This document shows, piece by piece, positions 32,686 through 44,290 of a stretch of DNA of 64,000 nucleotides. Position 1 is the first letter of the stretch. Each line of letters opens with the position of its first letter. Origin of the DNA: Hemiscyllium ocellatum (Eukaryota); assembly GCF_020745735.1 (NCBI RefSeq), contig NC_083445.1:1550001-1614000 (forward strand), in the 5' to 3' direction. Position numbers and translations under genes: made by a program. Below the pieces are notes generated by a model. The model saw nothing but the letters and a program-made list of their open reading frames with translations, was not told the DNA's origin and searched no databases.

Positions 32686-33128
32686 TCAGGCAACATCGGT
32701 GTCTGAACTAGAGTCAGAATAGTCTGCAACAAGGGAGCTGGTATTGAGATCTCGATCCGAGTCTATCATCACTTCAGTCTGTAGAGAAATGTCAGCTTCT
32801 TCCTTTAAGTCACTAACACACTCTTCAGTCGTACTGTCTGGAACATGGTCCTTTTGATGTGTTCTACTTCTCATCTTCAGTCCAGAATCCTTCTCTCTGC
32901 TGATCAAGAGCGACTGCTGTTTCTGGCTTTCTGATTTCCGTCGAATTATTCCAAGATTACTTGCAGCAAACCCATTTGGGCTGTTTGTGGATTTGGTTGT
33001 TAATATTTTATTCAGGCCAAGTTTTTTCAAGGTCTCACCAGCCTTCTCCCCCATGGCAACTTGTGATGATGCAAACCAGGACCTGGAGGTGATTTCCTTC
33101 CTTTTCAGCCTTTGCTTGTCCTCGTAGG
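32686..33128 (-). CDS. YJU2B: YJU2B last exon (SYEDKQRLKRKEITSRSWF...SSLVADYSDSSSDTDVA*)
   Basis: 443 coding nt, in frame with ORF 32686..33054. Confidence 0.93.
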
Positions 33129-36100
33129 CTGTAGAAGAAATAGTGGAACATCAGAATCACTGCAATTCTCACAGATACAACAGAGAAAAAAAAAAACAGG
33201 TCAGTCCGCCTGGTCTGGCGTTTTAGAGACACACAAACTTCTTTCCATTTAATCTCAGCTTAACCCTCTTCAACATTCTCCCTCAAAATGTCACATTCCT
33301 TATTCAGTCCCTCCCTGTGGTGTACATGTTTCTCCCGAATTTCCAACTGTATTTCTTGGGGACACATTGATGACCTTTAAGCTCTGCTCTTTAGTACAAG
33401 AGGAAATATTCTAAGTTACCCAAAGGGTCATTTTACTGGAGAATGTTACTGCTGAGACACATGCATAATCCACCTTAGAGTCATTAGATAATGAGTAGTT
33501 CAAACTGGGTCAGTCTTACTGAATCAGGTGATTATTCGTCATGTCCCAGTGATCTCCAGCTGAAAGCAAACTCAGCACAGGTAGGGACTGCTGCAGAGAG
33601 TCAGTGCCATCATCATGGATTCTCAGAGGTGAACGCTATTCCCTTTGTATTCAGTTTTGACCAAATGCATTTAACTCCTGAGGTTCTTAGCCTAAAGGGT
33701 TTCTTTAGCTCCTCTGTCCCTAACACTGATACAGTGACCTTGAACCCCTTGCGCCGCCATGGAAGTTTACTAAATCACAGTGGGTGAGGAGTTCTGGGAC
33801 ACCCCATTGCACACACCCAGTGTGTGTTGTCGTCTCTCTCTGACTACACAGAGAACCTGGTTACATGGGCTTCAGAGAGCTTTGCCAGGTCTCCCTGATC
33901 ATGTACTTTACCATCACTCCTGTTCCAGACTGGGTGCTGAGAAGCCCCAGTCATTGCCTAGGACTCTCCCAGAACACCAGAGGATGAACCATATTGCTCC
34001 CAAGATATTAGCTGAGAATTTTCCTTCCTATAAACACAGCTGGAATGCAGCAGTGTTGAAGCTGAGATCAGCTCCTACTCTGCACCCTTCTACGCATTAA
34101 TATTGATCGTCACCCAACTTACAATCCACAGTATGGAATTTGAGAAGCGAAGCCAGGTGTTTATCATCCTCAGACTCCTGAACCAGAGGAATACTGAGAG
34201 ATGCTTTGTTCCGAAGAGCTTCATCTTTCTCTTCCACCTCTTTCAACACCTTTTTCTCATCCTAAAGACAGGAGAAATGTAATTGTTTATTAAGAATTAA
34301 CATTCATGACTGCAATGAAATAGGAGAGCTAAATGGAAAACATGTGGGCACCAGGAACATAAAGATATCTTTAGCAACGACTTCCTGCTTTGTGTTTAGT
34401 GATTATCTACACACCCTTTATCTTTTTAGTTGTTCGATGGTTCTCAGAAAGATATATTGTTCACATGTGGGAGACACCACTATGCTAACTGGTGCTGCTC
34501 ACTCTCTTAAGGAGGGGCTGTAACTGGTGGTGTTGCCTTTCTCTGGGAGAGGTGGGCTGGAGAGTGAGGGGTGCTGGGCTAATAGCGTCACAGAATCTGC
34601 ATCAGCAAACACACCCGGAATTTCTTGCGCAGCATGCTGTTCATGGCAAAGTCATCTTTCCAGGCATTCTGCATCTCCTGGATATCGGACAAGGTGGGAA
34701 TGGCAATCTTCAGCTTCTCCTGGTCACTGACTCCATGTTCCAACTTGTACATGGCATCTGTCTCCAACTTTTTCTTCTCTTCATGCTCTGGAGGATCAAT
34801 AATCTTCATGTGATTAAAGTGAAAGCAGCACACTCAGACCAACTATCAGCCCGAATTCACAAAGACCCATTCAATGCCGCACTCACCCTCCCACCACATC
34901 ACATCAACTCCTGAGCCAGAAACCCACACCTCCCCAATCGAGCTGACCCACACTAACATGGCCTGTCAAGCATCCTGACCATCATTCCACCCTTCCCCAC
35001 ATACACTCTCACCCCTGCCTGCATTCTCACCTCCCTCAGAGATCCCTCCCCTTCCCTTAATCCCCACTCTCTGCTCCCTCCTGCTGGGTCACTAACCTGT
35101 CGTTAAGATTTGCTCATTGTCCTTCATGTCCCAGCGTTCCTCTTTGCGCCGTGCTCCACTCACTATCACATAGTCACAGTTGGCTGGGTCAGTCTGCATC
35201 TCGATGTGATTCACACACAAATGGCACTTCATCCGGAACCTGCAACATCCAACACCAGCCTTAACGGAACACTGACAGTGAGAGAGCAAGGAAACTATCC
35301 AGCTCCAAAATCAACCCAGTGTGAGAGTGAGCGAGCAAGCAAGCGAAAGGGAGTCAGGTCTCTGTGCCTAGAAAAGGGGGCCTGGGCAAAAATCAGGGAA
35401 TCCTCCCACCTGTCATTGTCTCATGAGCAGCCATACAGGGACAGCCTGATCACAGCTGGAGCTTGAGGTCCACGACAATGGGGACCAGGGTTCTCCAGAG
35501 GGAGAACATGTGGTGAACTGGATCATTCATACAGGAGATCCCACTCCAGCAGTCACACCATCTCAAACACACACACTGGCAGCTAGTGGATAAATGCAGA
35601 GGAGCGCGTAGACCCATTCTATTATCACTGGACTGCCCGACACAGCAAGACTAACAACTGGTTGAGAAATAAGGTAATTTTTTAAAAATTTACAATAGCT
35701 ATTGGCTAGGCCTGCATAATGTGAACCACTTCTTGAAATACTGCAGTCAATGGGGGGGCGGGGGGGTGCACTCACAATGCCATTAGGGAAGGAGATGCAG
35801 ATTTTTGATTCATTGACAATAAAGGAATGGGGAGCCTGCCTCTGCCAAAGGAAAGGGAGGATCGATCTGTCCCGATGAAACATTGAAAAGGAGAGGAGCA
35901 GCCAAGCCCTGACTGAGCTTCAGAGGATGAGGTGAACAGGAGTGGTACCTGTAGATGGGGGTTGTGTAGTAATTCCCAACTTTCTTCTTTTCTGCATTAT
36001 ACCGGACACCTGGAATGAGGAAAGGACTTTTAACCCATTAACATCTACTCTTTTAAACCCATAGGAAAGCTATCTTTATACTGTCCCCAACAAACACTCC

Positions 36101-39100
36101 CAGAGGAGTTACACAGCGTGGAGTTAGAAAGACTGTAAAGTTCCCTTTATTCTTGAGCCAAGTAAAGCTCCCTCTGCTATTTTAAACCAAGTAAAAGATC
36201 CTGTGACACCGTCCCCGTCAAACACCCCGAGGGCAGGGGCACCGCCCCCGTCAAACACCCCGAGGGCAGGGGCACCGCCCCCGTCAAACACCCCAAGGGC
36301 AGGGGCACCGTCAAACACTCCGAGGGCAGGGGGCACCGCCCCCGTCAAACACTCCGAGGGCAGGGGGCACCGCCCCCGTCAAACACCCCGAGGGCGGGGG
36401 GCACCGCCCCCGTCAAACACCCCGAGGGCGGGGGGCACCGCCCCCGTCAAACACCCCGAGGGCGGGGGGCACCGCCCCGTCAAACATCCCGAGGGCGGGG
36501 GGCACCGCCCCCGTCAAACACCCCGAGGGCGGGGGGCACCGCCCCCGTCAAACACCCCGAGGGCGGGGGGCACCGCCCCCGTCAAACACCCCGAGGGCGG
36601 GGGGCACCGCCCCCGTCAAACACCCCGAGGGCGGGGGGCACCGCCCCCGTCAAACACCCCGAGGGCGGGGGGCACCGCCCCTGTCAAACACCCCGAGGGC
36701 AGGGGCAGCATAGGATTCGATACAGACTAAAGCTTCCTCTACGCTGTTCTAGAAACAGGTACTGCACAGATTTAAATACAAAGTAAAAACTCCTTCTACA
36801 CTGTCCCCAAACATTCCCAGAACAGGAACAGTAGAGGGTTCGATACAGAGTAATGCTCCTTATTCTTGCAAACAATCCTGCTTGGGTAAAGGTTTTACTG
36901 CATGCTTGCAATTTCCCTCCTTATGGCATCTCCTAAACAGCAAATGTTGTTCTGCGGAGCCAAACTCAAGTGAAGCGAACTACATCTCATTGTTCTTCAG
37001 TTAACTGCCGTAAAGCCGCAGAGATACAAGTTTTCTCCAGTGTTTACACTGGCTCCACATTTAGGCTGAAGAGATGAAAAGGCTGAATGCACTAACTCCC
37101 CCAGCCCAGTCCCATTATATCCTGCACACTGCCATAGACTTACCCATTCCAATGTGCTTCCCACAACCATCACACCAGATGTTATATGGCATCTCGAACC
37201 TTTGAGAAAGCAGAAGATTCAGTTACTGGTAAACTATTCCTAATAAGCCACAATGATATCTGTCACCCTGAAGATCCAATTCCAGGCACATCAACAGGCC
37301 AGTGAGTATGAACAAGACATTAATCAGGAAAGTGTGGCTACCACAGCCAAGCTGACCAACTCTTGCTCATCCACTATTCAGATCTGCTTGGATAGCAATG
37401 GAGGAAGGAACCTTATTTGACATCCCTTTAATTGGACCACAGAGCAGCTGAAAATTCAGATTCAGCAGGAGACTCACCGAATGATGAGGATTCCTTGGGA
37501 GAGTTTTCGTGCCCTTTCCCGCAGAGGATGACTGTTCCTGTATTTGTTGAGGGATCCATGCTGTCAGGTGAGAAAGACATCATCCCAGTTGAGAAAAAGC
37601 AAGGAAGAGAAACATTCCGGTTAAAGCCAGAGTACATTTCTTAGCATTGAAATCCCTCCACCCAACTCCTCCCATCTCTAGTTCTCTCACAGAACCAAGC
37701 CCAGGTTGTTGATATCACTATTCAGTTTTTACATCTGAGAAAGAGGCCTTTCGGCCCATCATGTGAACATTGGTCATCAAACATCCACCTATTCTAATCC
37801 CATTCTCCAGCTCAAGGCTTAGTGCACAATGGCATTTCAAGAATTTATCTAGTTGATTTTTAAATGTTTTGAGGGTTCCTGCCGATTTTAGTCAGAGTTC
37901 CAGATACCCACAACCTTCTAGGAAAATGTTTTTGCTCAAACTCCCTCAAAACCTCTGACTCCTCATCTGAAAGCTGTGCCTACTGATTACTGCCCTTTCC
38001 ACTAAGGGGAAAAAAGTTTCTTGTTATCCACACTCAGGGCTTCTTACATCTCAAACAGATCCTCCCTCAGGCTTCTGTCCTCTAAGGGAAACAACCCCAG
38101 CCTATCTAGTTTTTGATGTGAAACACTCTTAAGGTTTTACAATGTTGAAGGCATAAAATAAATGTAAGTTTTTTTCATTAAAAACTATTTTTCACGGGAT
38201 ATGAGTGATTTTAACAAGGCAAAATGTATTGCCCAACCGAAACAGCCCTTGAGAACATGGTGTGAGCTACCTTCTTAAACAGTTGCAGTCTTTGGGGCAT
38301 AGATACACCCACAGTGCTGTTAGAGAAGGCAGTTCAAGGTTTTTTGAGCCAGCAACAGTGAAGGAATGGTAATATAGTTCCAAATCAGGATAGAAAGACA
38401 ATAGCACACAGTTGCTGTATGAAAATATCTTATGGATACAGCTTGCAGTTCTTAAGCACCATTCCAAGCACTTTATCTCAAACACACTGAACTCTTACCT
38501 TGGCAGGATCAAAGTCAGGTGGGTAATACTTGTTCACACCTTTCCGTTCCCCCTATAGGGAAGAAAAAATAATTTGCACAATGATTAGCCAAGTTTTTCT
38601 TTTGTCTTGAATGCATGCCTCTCCATCCTCGAGAGGCCACCTCTCTCAGGATTGAGAATTCCTCAAGGCCAGGACATACCAGTCCAACATTGATGTGGCT
38701 ATTCCTCACCAGAGTCCAGGCAATAGCACTGGTATGAAATTTTAAATATGAAAGTTTCAATGGTCAAACCCCAACCAATTCTCGACAGCCAGGAGTCCCA
38801 ACTAGTATCCCTTAGGTAAACCATTGACTGGACAGAGACAAGGTGTCAAACTAGGGATCAAACCCAGAGCCTTTGGACCGACTACACCTCAGAACACTGG
38901 GAAGATGTTTTGCAAAACGTTATAAAGCGGAGCCTCATCACATAGCAAGGCAAACATCCTTCTAGTCAGCAGGCCACAACTCCTGCAACAACCCATCTGT
39001 CAAGGATTTTTAAAGCTGGGGCTTCATCCAGCTGCAATAGCATAGTCTCACCTTTGAAGCTCAGACAAATTCAGAGTGAGCACTCAGTTTGATTCTGCAG

Positions 39101-40958
39101 TGAAGAATGTCAGTAGCATGCCTGAATAATTTAAATTTTAATTATTGCCATAGAGTCATGGAGATGTACAGCATGGAAACAGACCCTTCAATCCACCTCA
39201 AACGTCAACCAGCCCTATTTGCCAGCACCTGGCCCATACCCCTCTAAACCCTTCCTATTTATATAGTCATCCAGATGCCTTTCAAATGTTGTAATTGTAA
39301 CCACCTCCACCACTGATAGAGTCACAGAGATGTTCCTCTGGCAATTCATTCCATACAGTTACCATGCTTTGCGCGGGAAAAGTTGCCTCTCAGGTCCCTT
39401 TTAAAAGTCCCCTTCACCTTAAACCTATGCTCTCTTGTTTTGGACACCCCACCCCAGGGAAAATACCTTGTATTTTTACCGTATCCATGCCCCTCATGAT
39501 TTTATAAACCTCTAAAAGGTCACCCCTCACCCTCCGACACTCCAGGGAAAACAGCCTATTCAGCTTCTCCCGATAGATCAAACCCTCCAACCCTGGTGAA
39601 ACCCTTGTAAATCTTTTCTGAACTCTTTCAAGTTTCACAACATCCTTTCGATAGCTGGGAGACCAGAACTGAATACAGGATTGCAAAAGTGGCCTAACCA
39701 ATATCCTGTAGAATTGCAACATGATGTCTTAATTCCTACACTCAATACACTGTCCAATAACGGCAAGCATACCAAACACCTTCTTCACTATCCTACTTAT
39801 GACTCTACTTTCAAGGAACTATGAACCTGCACTCCAAGGTCTCATTGTTCAGCAACACTCCTCAGGACCTTATCTTTAAGTATATACATCCTCAATTTGC
39901 CTTACCAAAATGCACCTCACATTTATCTAAATGAAATCCATATCCCACACCTCAGCCCATCTGATCAAGATCCTGTCGTTCTGAGATTATGTCTAATTTT
40001 GATATCATCTGCAAACTTACTAGCTATACCTTGTATATTCCCATCCAAATACAATACAAAAGAAACATTTCAGACCCATATTCAAAAAATAGACTGCAAT
40101 GAATCACAGTTTACACTTAATGACACAAATCCAAACAGCAACTGTATTATTACCTAATTTGGCAGGACAGTGGCTCAGTGGTTAGCACTGCTGCCTCACA
40201 GGGCTAGGGAGCCCAGGTTCGATTCTAATTTCAGGCAACTGTATGTGGAATTTGCACCTTCTTCCCATGTCTGTGTGGGTTTCCTCCAGGAGCTCTGACT
40301 TCCTCCCACTTTCCAAAGATGAGCAGGTTAGGCGAATTGGCTATGCTAAATTGCGCATAGTGTTCAGAGATGAGTTTGCACGTTCTCCCCGTGTCTGCGT
40401 GGGTTTCCTCCGGGTGCTCCGGTTTCCTCCCACAGTCCAAAGATGTGCAGGTCAGGTGAATTGGCCATGCTAAATTGCCCGTAGTGTTAGGTAAGGGGTA
40501 AATGTAGGGGTATGGGTGGGTTTCGCTTCGGCGGGTCGGTGTGGACTTGTTGGGCCGAAGGGCCTGTTTCCACACTGTAAGTCTAATCTAAAAAAAAATG
40601 TGTAGGTCAGGTGCATTAGTCAGGGGTAAACGTAGAGAAACGGGGAATGGGTTTGGGTGGGATACGCTTAAGAGGGTCTGTGTGGACTTGTGAAAGGCCT
40701 GTTTCCACACTGTAAGGATTCTAAGATAACTAGCCAGAATTAAAGCAGGACACAAGACTCAAACAAAATGTTACACCACTTTATGTGGAGGTGCCAGTAT
40801 TGGATGGGGTGGACAAAGTTAAAAGTCACACAATACCAGGTCATAGTCCAAGTTATGTGACTTTGGACCTTCCCTTTAGGTAGACACCATTGATCAATTG
40901 CTTGTATAGTACATAAATATTCATTCTTAATACAAAGCATGACCAGTATATTTACCAT
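32686..40958 (-). CDS. YJU2B: YJU2 splicing factor homolog B / coiled-coil domain-containing protein 130, 384 aa; join(40956-40958,38499-38552,37478-37560,37144-37199,35949-36009,35097-35239,34615-34787,34123-34261,32686-33128)
   Basis: M|GERKGVNKYYPPDFDPAK|HGSLNKYRNSHPLRERARKLSQGILIIR|FEMPYNIWCDGCGKHIGMG|VRYNAEKKKVGNYYTTPIYR|FRMKCHLCVNHIEMQTDPANCDYVIVSGARRKEERWD...SSLVADYSDSSSDTDVA*. Matches CCDC130 rather than YJU2/CCDC94; GT-AG introns, consistent phases, 1155 nt. Confidence 0.96.
34123..34261 (-). CDS. YJU2B: YJU2B exon (DEKKVLKEVEEKDEALRNKASLSIPLVQESEDDKHLASLLKFHTVD)
   Basis: 139 nt. Confidence 0.95.
34615..34787 (-). CDS. YJU2B: YJU2B exon (EHEEKKKLETDAMYKLEHG...NSMLRKKFR)
   Basis: 173 nt. 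Confidence 0.95.
35097..35239 (-). CDS. YJU2B: YJU2B exon (FRMKCHLC...NEQILTT)
   Basis: 143 nt, second CxxC pair. Confidence 0.96.
35949..36009 (-). CDS. YJU2B: YJU2B exon (VRYNAEKKKVGNYYTTPIYR)
   Basis: 61 nt. Confidence 0.95.
36205..36708. repeat. 33-34-bp CpG-rich minisatellite (GCACCGCCCCCGTCAAACACCCCGAGGGCGGGGG), ~15 copies, in a YJU2B intron
   Basis: Visible tandem units. Confidence 0.95.
37144..37199 (-). CDS. YJU2B: YJU2B exon (FEMPYNIWCDGCGKHIGMG)
   Basis: 56 nt, first CxxC zinc pair. Confidence 0.95.
37478..37560 (-). CDS. YJU2B: YJU2B exon (HGSLNKYRNSHPLRERARKLSQGILIIR)
   Basis: 83 nt. Confidence 0.95.
38499..38552 (-). CDS. YJU2B: YJU2B exon (GERKGVNKYYPPDFDPAK)
   Basis: 54 nt, ccctatag/gtaaga. 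Confidence 0.95.
39146..40030 (-). mobile_element. CR1-clade LINE 3' fragment
   Basis: LVRPLLQSCIQFWSPSYRKDVVKLERVQKRFTR; agagtcat tail. Confidence 0.85.
40160..40725 (+). mobile_element. HE1-like SINE with a younger 5'-truncated SINE copy nested at ~40371-40598
   Basis: Old head and V-domain, then a second V-domain with a (TCTAA)+A tail, then the old 3' part resumes; ATG repeated at both junctions. Confidence 0.85.
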
Positions 40959-41016
40959 GACTTATCTCTTGAACTTCCAGTCCACTGTCAAATGGTTTCC
41001 ACTGCAATCCAACAGC
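40956..41016 (-). CDS. YJU2B: YJU2B exon ending in the initiator ATG (5'UTR plus ATG only)
   Basis: ttttgtccacag|gctg...aagtcATG|gtaaat; the next exon starts GGG GAA CGG AAA in phase 0. Confidence 0.8.
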
Positions 41017-41142
41017 CTGTGGACAAAAGAAACACTGAGTGAGGTTCCTGACATACTTCTTACTGATGTATGTCTGTGTGAGAATAAGTGGAGGGTTACA
41101 GGAGGACAGAGAGGAACGAGGACGAAAGGGTCAGGAGATAGA

Positions 41143-41523
41143 GGAGGAGAGGGTGGGCAGGAGAGGGTGGGCAGGGGAGGGAGGGCAGGGGAGGGTGGGC
41201 AGGGGAGGGAGGGTAGGGGAGGGTGGGCAGGGGAGGGTGGGCAGGGGAGGGAGGGTAGGGGAGGGTGGGTAGGGAAGGAGAGGGTGGGTAGGGGAGGGAG
41301 GGCAGGGGAGGGAGGGCAGGGGAGGGTGGGCAGGGGAGGGTGGGCAGGGGAGGGTGGGCAGGGGAGGGTGGGCAGGGGAGGGTGGGCAGGGGAGGGAGGG
41401 TAGGGGAGGGTGGGAAGGAGAGGGTGGGCAGGGGAGGGTGGGTAGGGAAGGAGAGGGTGGGCAGGGGAGGGTGGGCAGGGGAGGGTGGGTAGGGGAGGGT
41501 GGGCAGGAGAGGGAGGGTAGGGG
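41143..41523. repeat. 14-bp G-rich minisatellite (GGGTGGGCAGGGGA), G-quadruplex-prone
   Basis: Dense GGG runs with short loops, in the first intron of YJU2B. Confidence 0.92.
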
Positions 41524-41559
41524 ACCACTGAAGGGGCAAGAGGGACTTGAGGAGCAAAA

Positions 41560-41870
41560 CTTCGTAGGGCTGAAAGCGGCAGCGTTTCCGAACCCCCGTC
41601 ATCCCGGGAGTAACAACGAGGACAATCGGCAGTAAAGACGGATGTTAGGCGGGAGAGGCGGATTCCCCCTGCGCCGGGCCAGGCCGCCGAGAAACCTCGG
41701 AAACCCAAGGCCCCGGTTTCCACAGCAACCCCGATCCCGCCAGCCGCCATATTACCTGCTCCGAGAGCCAGACTCACCGCGCAGGCGCGCCCCCGCCGCG
41801 ATGACGTCAAGACGTTCCTGCTCCCAACCGTCTCCGAGCAACGGGGGCCGTCCGAGCCCATAAATGCCCA
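41560..41870 (-). promoter_or_regulatory. YJU2B: CpG-island promoter and non-coding first exon of YJU2B; CRE palindrome TGACGTCA (41802-41809), YY1-type CCGCCATATT (41744-41753), GC box; candidate donors at 41778 (GCG|gtgagt) and 41756 (CAG|gtaata)
   Basis: CpG-dense unique sequence upstream of the ATG exon with canonical housekeeping promoter motifs. Confidence 0.75.
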
Positions 41871-42143
41871 AGAGACTGCAGCAGCCAGAGAAACCCAGCT
41901 AGTCAGAGAATAAACTGTGTATCTCAGGTCAGTAAAGTTAGAATTATAAAAAGTTTCAAGCTGAAGTAGGGGGTTGGTCGAATTTAAGCATGTGAGGCCA
42001 TTGCTGCACTGTGTCTAAGTGAGCGATTTACCTCATGGCAGCCCCTGCACATTCCCCATTTTTAGACAATAATCCAATTCCATCTTCAATCTTAAACTGA
42101 ATCTACCTCCACCGCATTTTCAGCAAGTGTCTTCTAGGTCCTA

Positions 42144-42813
42144 TTGTCACGTGTACCAAGGCGCAGCGAACAGCTTTGTCTCGCGAGCAGTACAGTCAGA
42201 TCACAGAGTTAAGTAGCACAGATAAGTAAATAACAGGTAAACAGCGGCAAAAACAATAACACAGGTACAGGCGAATGTTGAGAGTTTGTGCGTCCATTCA
42301 GTATTCTCACAACAGGAGGGTAGAAACGGTCACAAAACCTGGCTAGTGCATGTGTTCAGGCTCCTGTACCTTCTCCCCGATGGTGGAGGTTGTAGGTAAA
42401 CATTGCCAGGGTGGGGGTGGATCTTTGAGAATGCTGCCGGCCTTTCCTTGACAGTGGGCCTGGCATTCTATAGATAAGAGTTTGGCCTTTGTGATTGTCC
42501 AGGCCAAGTTCACCACTCTCTGTAACCGTCTCCGATCTTGAGTGGTGTGGTTGAACATACCAGGTAGTGATACATCCAGACAGAGTACTCTTGATGGCGC
42601 TCCTAGAAAAGTTAGTAAGGATATTTGCCGCCATACCAAATTTCCTCAGCTGCGTGAGGAAGAAGAGATGTTGGGCCTTTGTAACCAATGTGTCCACATG
42701 AAGAGTCCTGGATGCCCACACCCAGGAACTCCACTCGTTCCACCTCTGTGCCGTTAATGTGTAGGGGTGCATGATTAACATTCTGCCAAAAGTCAATAAT
42801 GAGTTCCTTGGGC
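42144..42813 (-). mobile_element. Rex1/Babar-type LINE 3' fragment
   Basis: Same family as 52499-54705 (KAQHLFFLTQLRKFGM...SGCITTWY...RRRLQRVVN; shared 3'UTR). Confidence 0.85.
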
Positions 42814-43169
42814 AAATGTTTCTCCTCATGTCACTGCCCTTAAACTGGTGCCCTCTCACTCTTGATCCCTTCTCCATTGGGAAGAGCTTCTCCCTATCTA
42901 CTTTACCCTGACTCTCATGATGTTTCAAATCACTTAACAACCAATTCAGCAAAAGCAGTCTCAAAGACTCTATTGGCCTAATTAAAGTCCCTCATTCCTG
43001 GGACCGTTCTCATTAATCTATTCTATGATTTAAATAATATATTAAATTACAGATATAAATAACAAAGGGTTGATGGTGCAGAGACAACAGGAGTGGTAAT
43101 AAGGTTAAAAGTGTGGCCTGAGGAGGTGTGAATGGCAGAATGATGAAGTAGAAGGACTCCTGATGGATG

Positions 43170-44290
43170 TCAGTTATAAAAGTCATACAGCACAGAAACA
43201 GGCCCTTCTGCATAATTCATCCATGCCGACTAGATTGCCTCAAATAAATTATTCCCATTTCCCTGCATTTGGCCCAGATCATTGTCAACCTTTCCTCTCT
43301 GTGTACATGTCTTTTAAATGTTGTCATTTTTCCTCTGGCAGCTTGTTTCATATGTGCACCATACTTGGTGTGAAAAAGTTGACCCTCAGATCCTTTTAAA
43401 TTTTTCCCCTCTCATCTTAAACATATACCCTCTAGTTTTGAATTCCCCTAACCTGGGGAACAGACCTTGTCTATTCAACCCCTGCAGTCTGATTCTGATT
43501 TTATAAACCTCAATAAGGTCGTTCCTTAGCCTTCAATTTGCCCTACAGCTCAAACCTTATAGTCTCTGTAACAAATTTTTTTTTGCATGCTTTCCCGTTT
43601 AATAACTTGACCTATATCAGGGAAAAAGTTCTCTCGAACTCAGCACCGCCTTCCTAACCTGCAATCTTCTTTCTGACCTCTCCGCCCCCACCCCACTCCG
43701 GCCTATCACCCTCACCTTGACCTCCTTCCACCTATCGCATCTCCATCGCCTCCCCCAAGTCCATCCTCCCTACCTTTTATCTTAGCCTGCTGGACACACT
43801 TTCCTCATTCCTGAAGAAGGGCTTATGCCCGAAACGTCCTGTTCCTTGGATGCTGCCTGACTTGCTGCGCTTTTCCAGCAACACATTTTCAGCTATATCA
43901 GGGAAACCAGAATTGCATATAGACTCCAAATTTGGCCTTACCAATGTCTTGTACAGTCGTAACATGATGTCCAAATTCCTGTACTCAGTGTTCTGACCAG
44001 TGAACGCAAGTGTGCCAAGTGCCGTCTTCACCACCCTGTCTACCTGTAATACCACTTCCAAGAAACTGTATGTGCACTCCTGGATCTCTCTGTTCAACAA
44101 CACTCCCCAGTCCCCTACCATTAACCGTGTAAGTCCTGCCCCAATTTGTCTTAGCAAGACCCCGCATTTATCTGAGTTAAACTTCATCTGCCATCCTCGG
44201 CCCATTGGCCCACCTGATCAATGTCTCTTGTACTCTTGGATAACCTGTCCACTATACCATCAATTTTGTTGCCATCTGCAAACTTACAAA
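43170..44290 (-). mobile_element. CR1-clade LINE fragment interrupted by a Penelope-type insertion
   Basis: WQMKFNSDKC...IMLRLYKTLVRPNLE. Confidence 0.8.
43626..43892 (+). mobile_element. 267-bp Penelope-type terminal element with hammerhead motif, flanked by 14-bp TSD CTATATCAGGGAAA
   Basis: Direct repeat at 43612-43625 and 43893-43906; CUGAAGA-A-GGGC-UUAU-GCCC-GAAA-CGUC at 43811-43838. Confidence 0.8.

Noticed and set aside
41720-41750. ATGGCGGCT (MAAGG..) as a possible GTF2F1 or YJU2B start
   Set aside because: It lies downstream of both candidate first donors and is better explained as a YY1 motif; suitable starts were found at 40958 and 25615.
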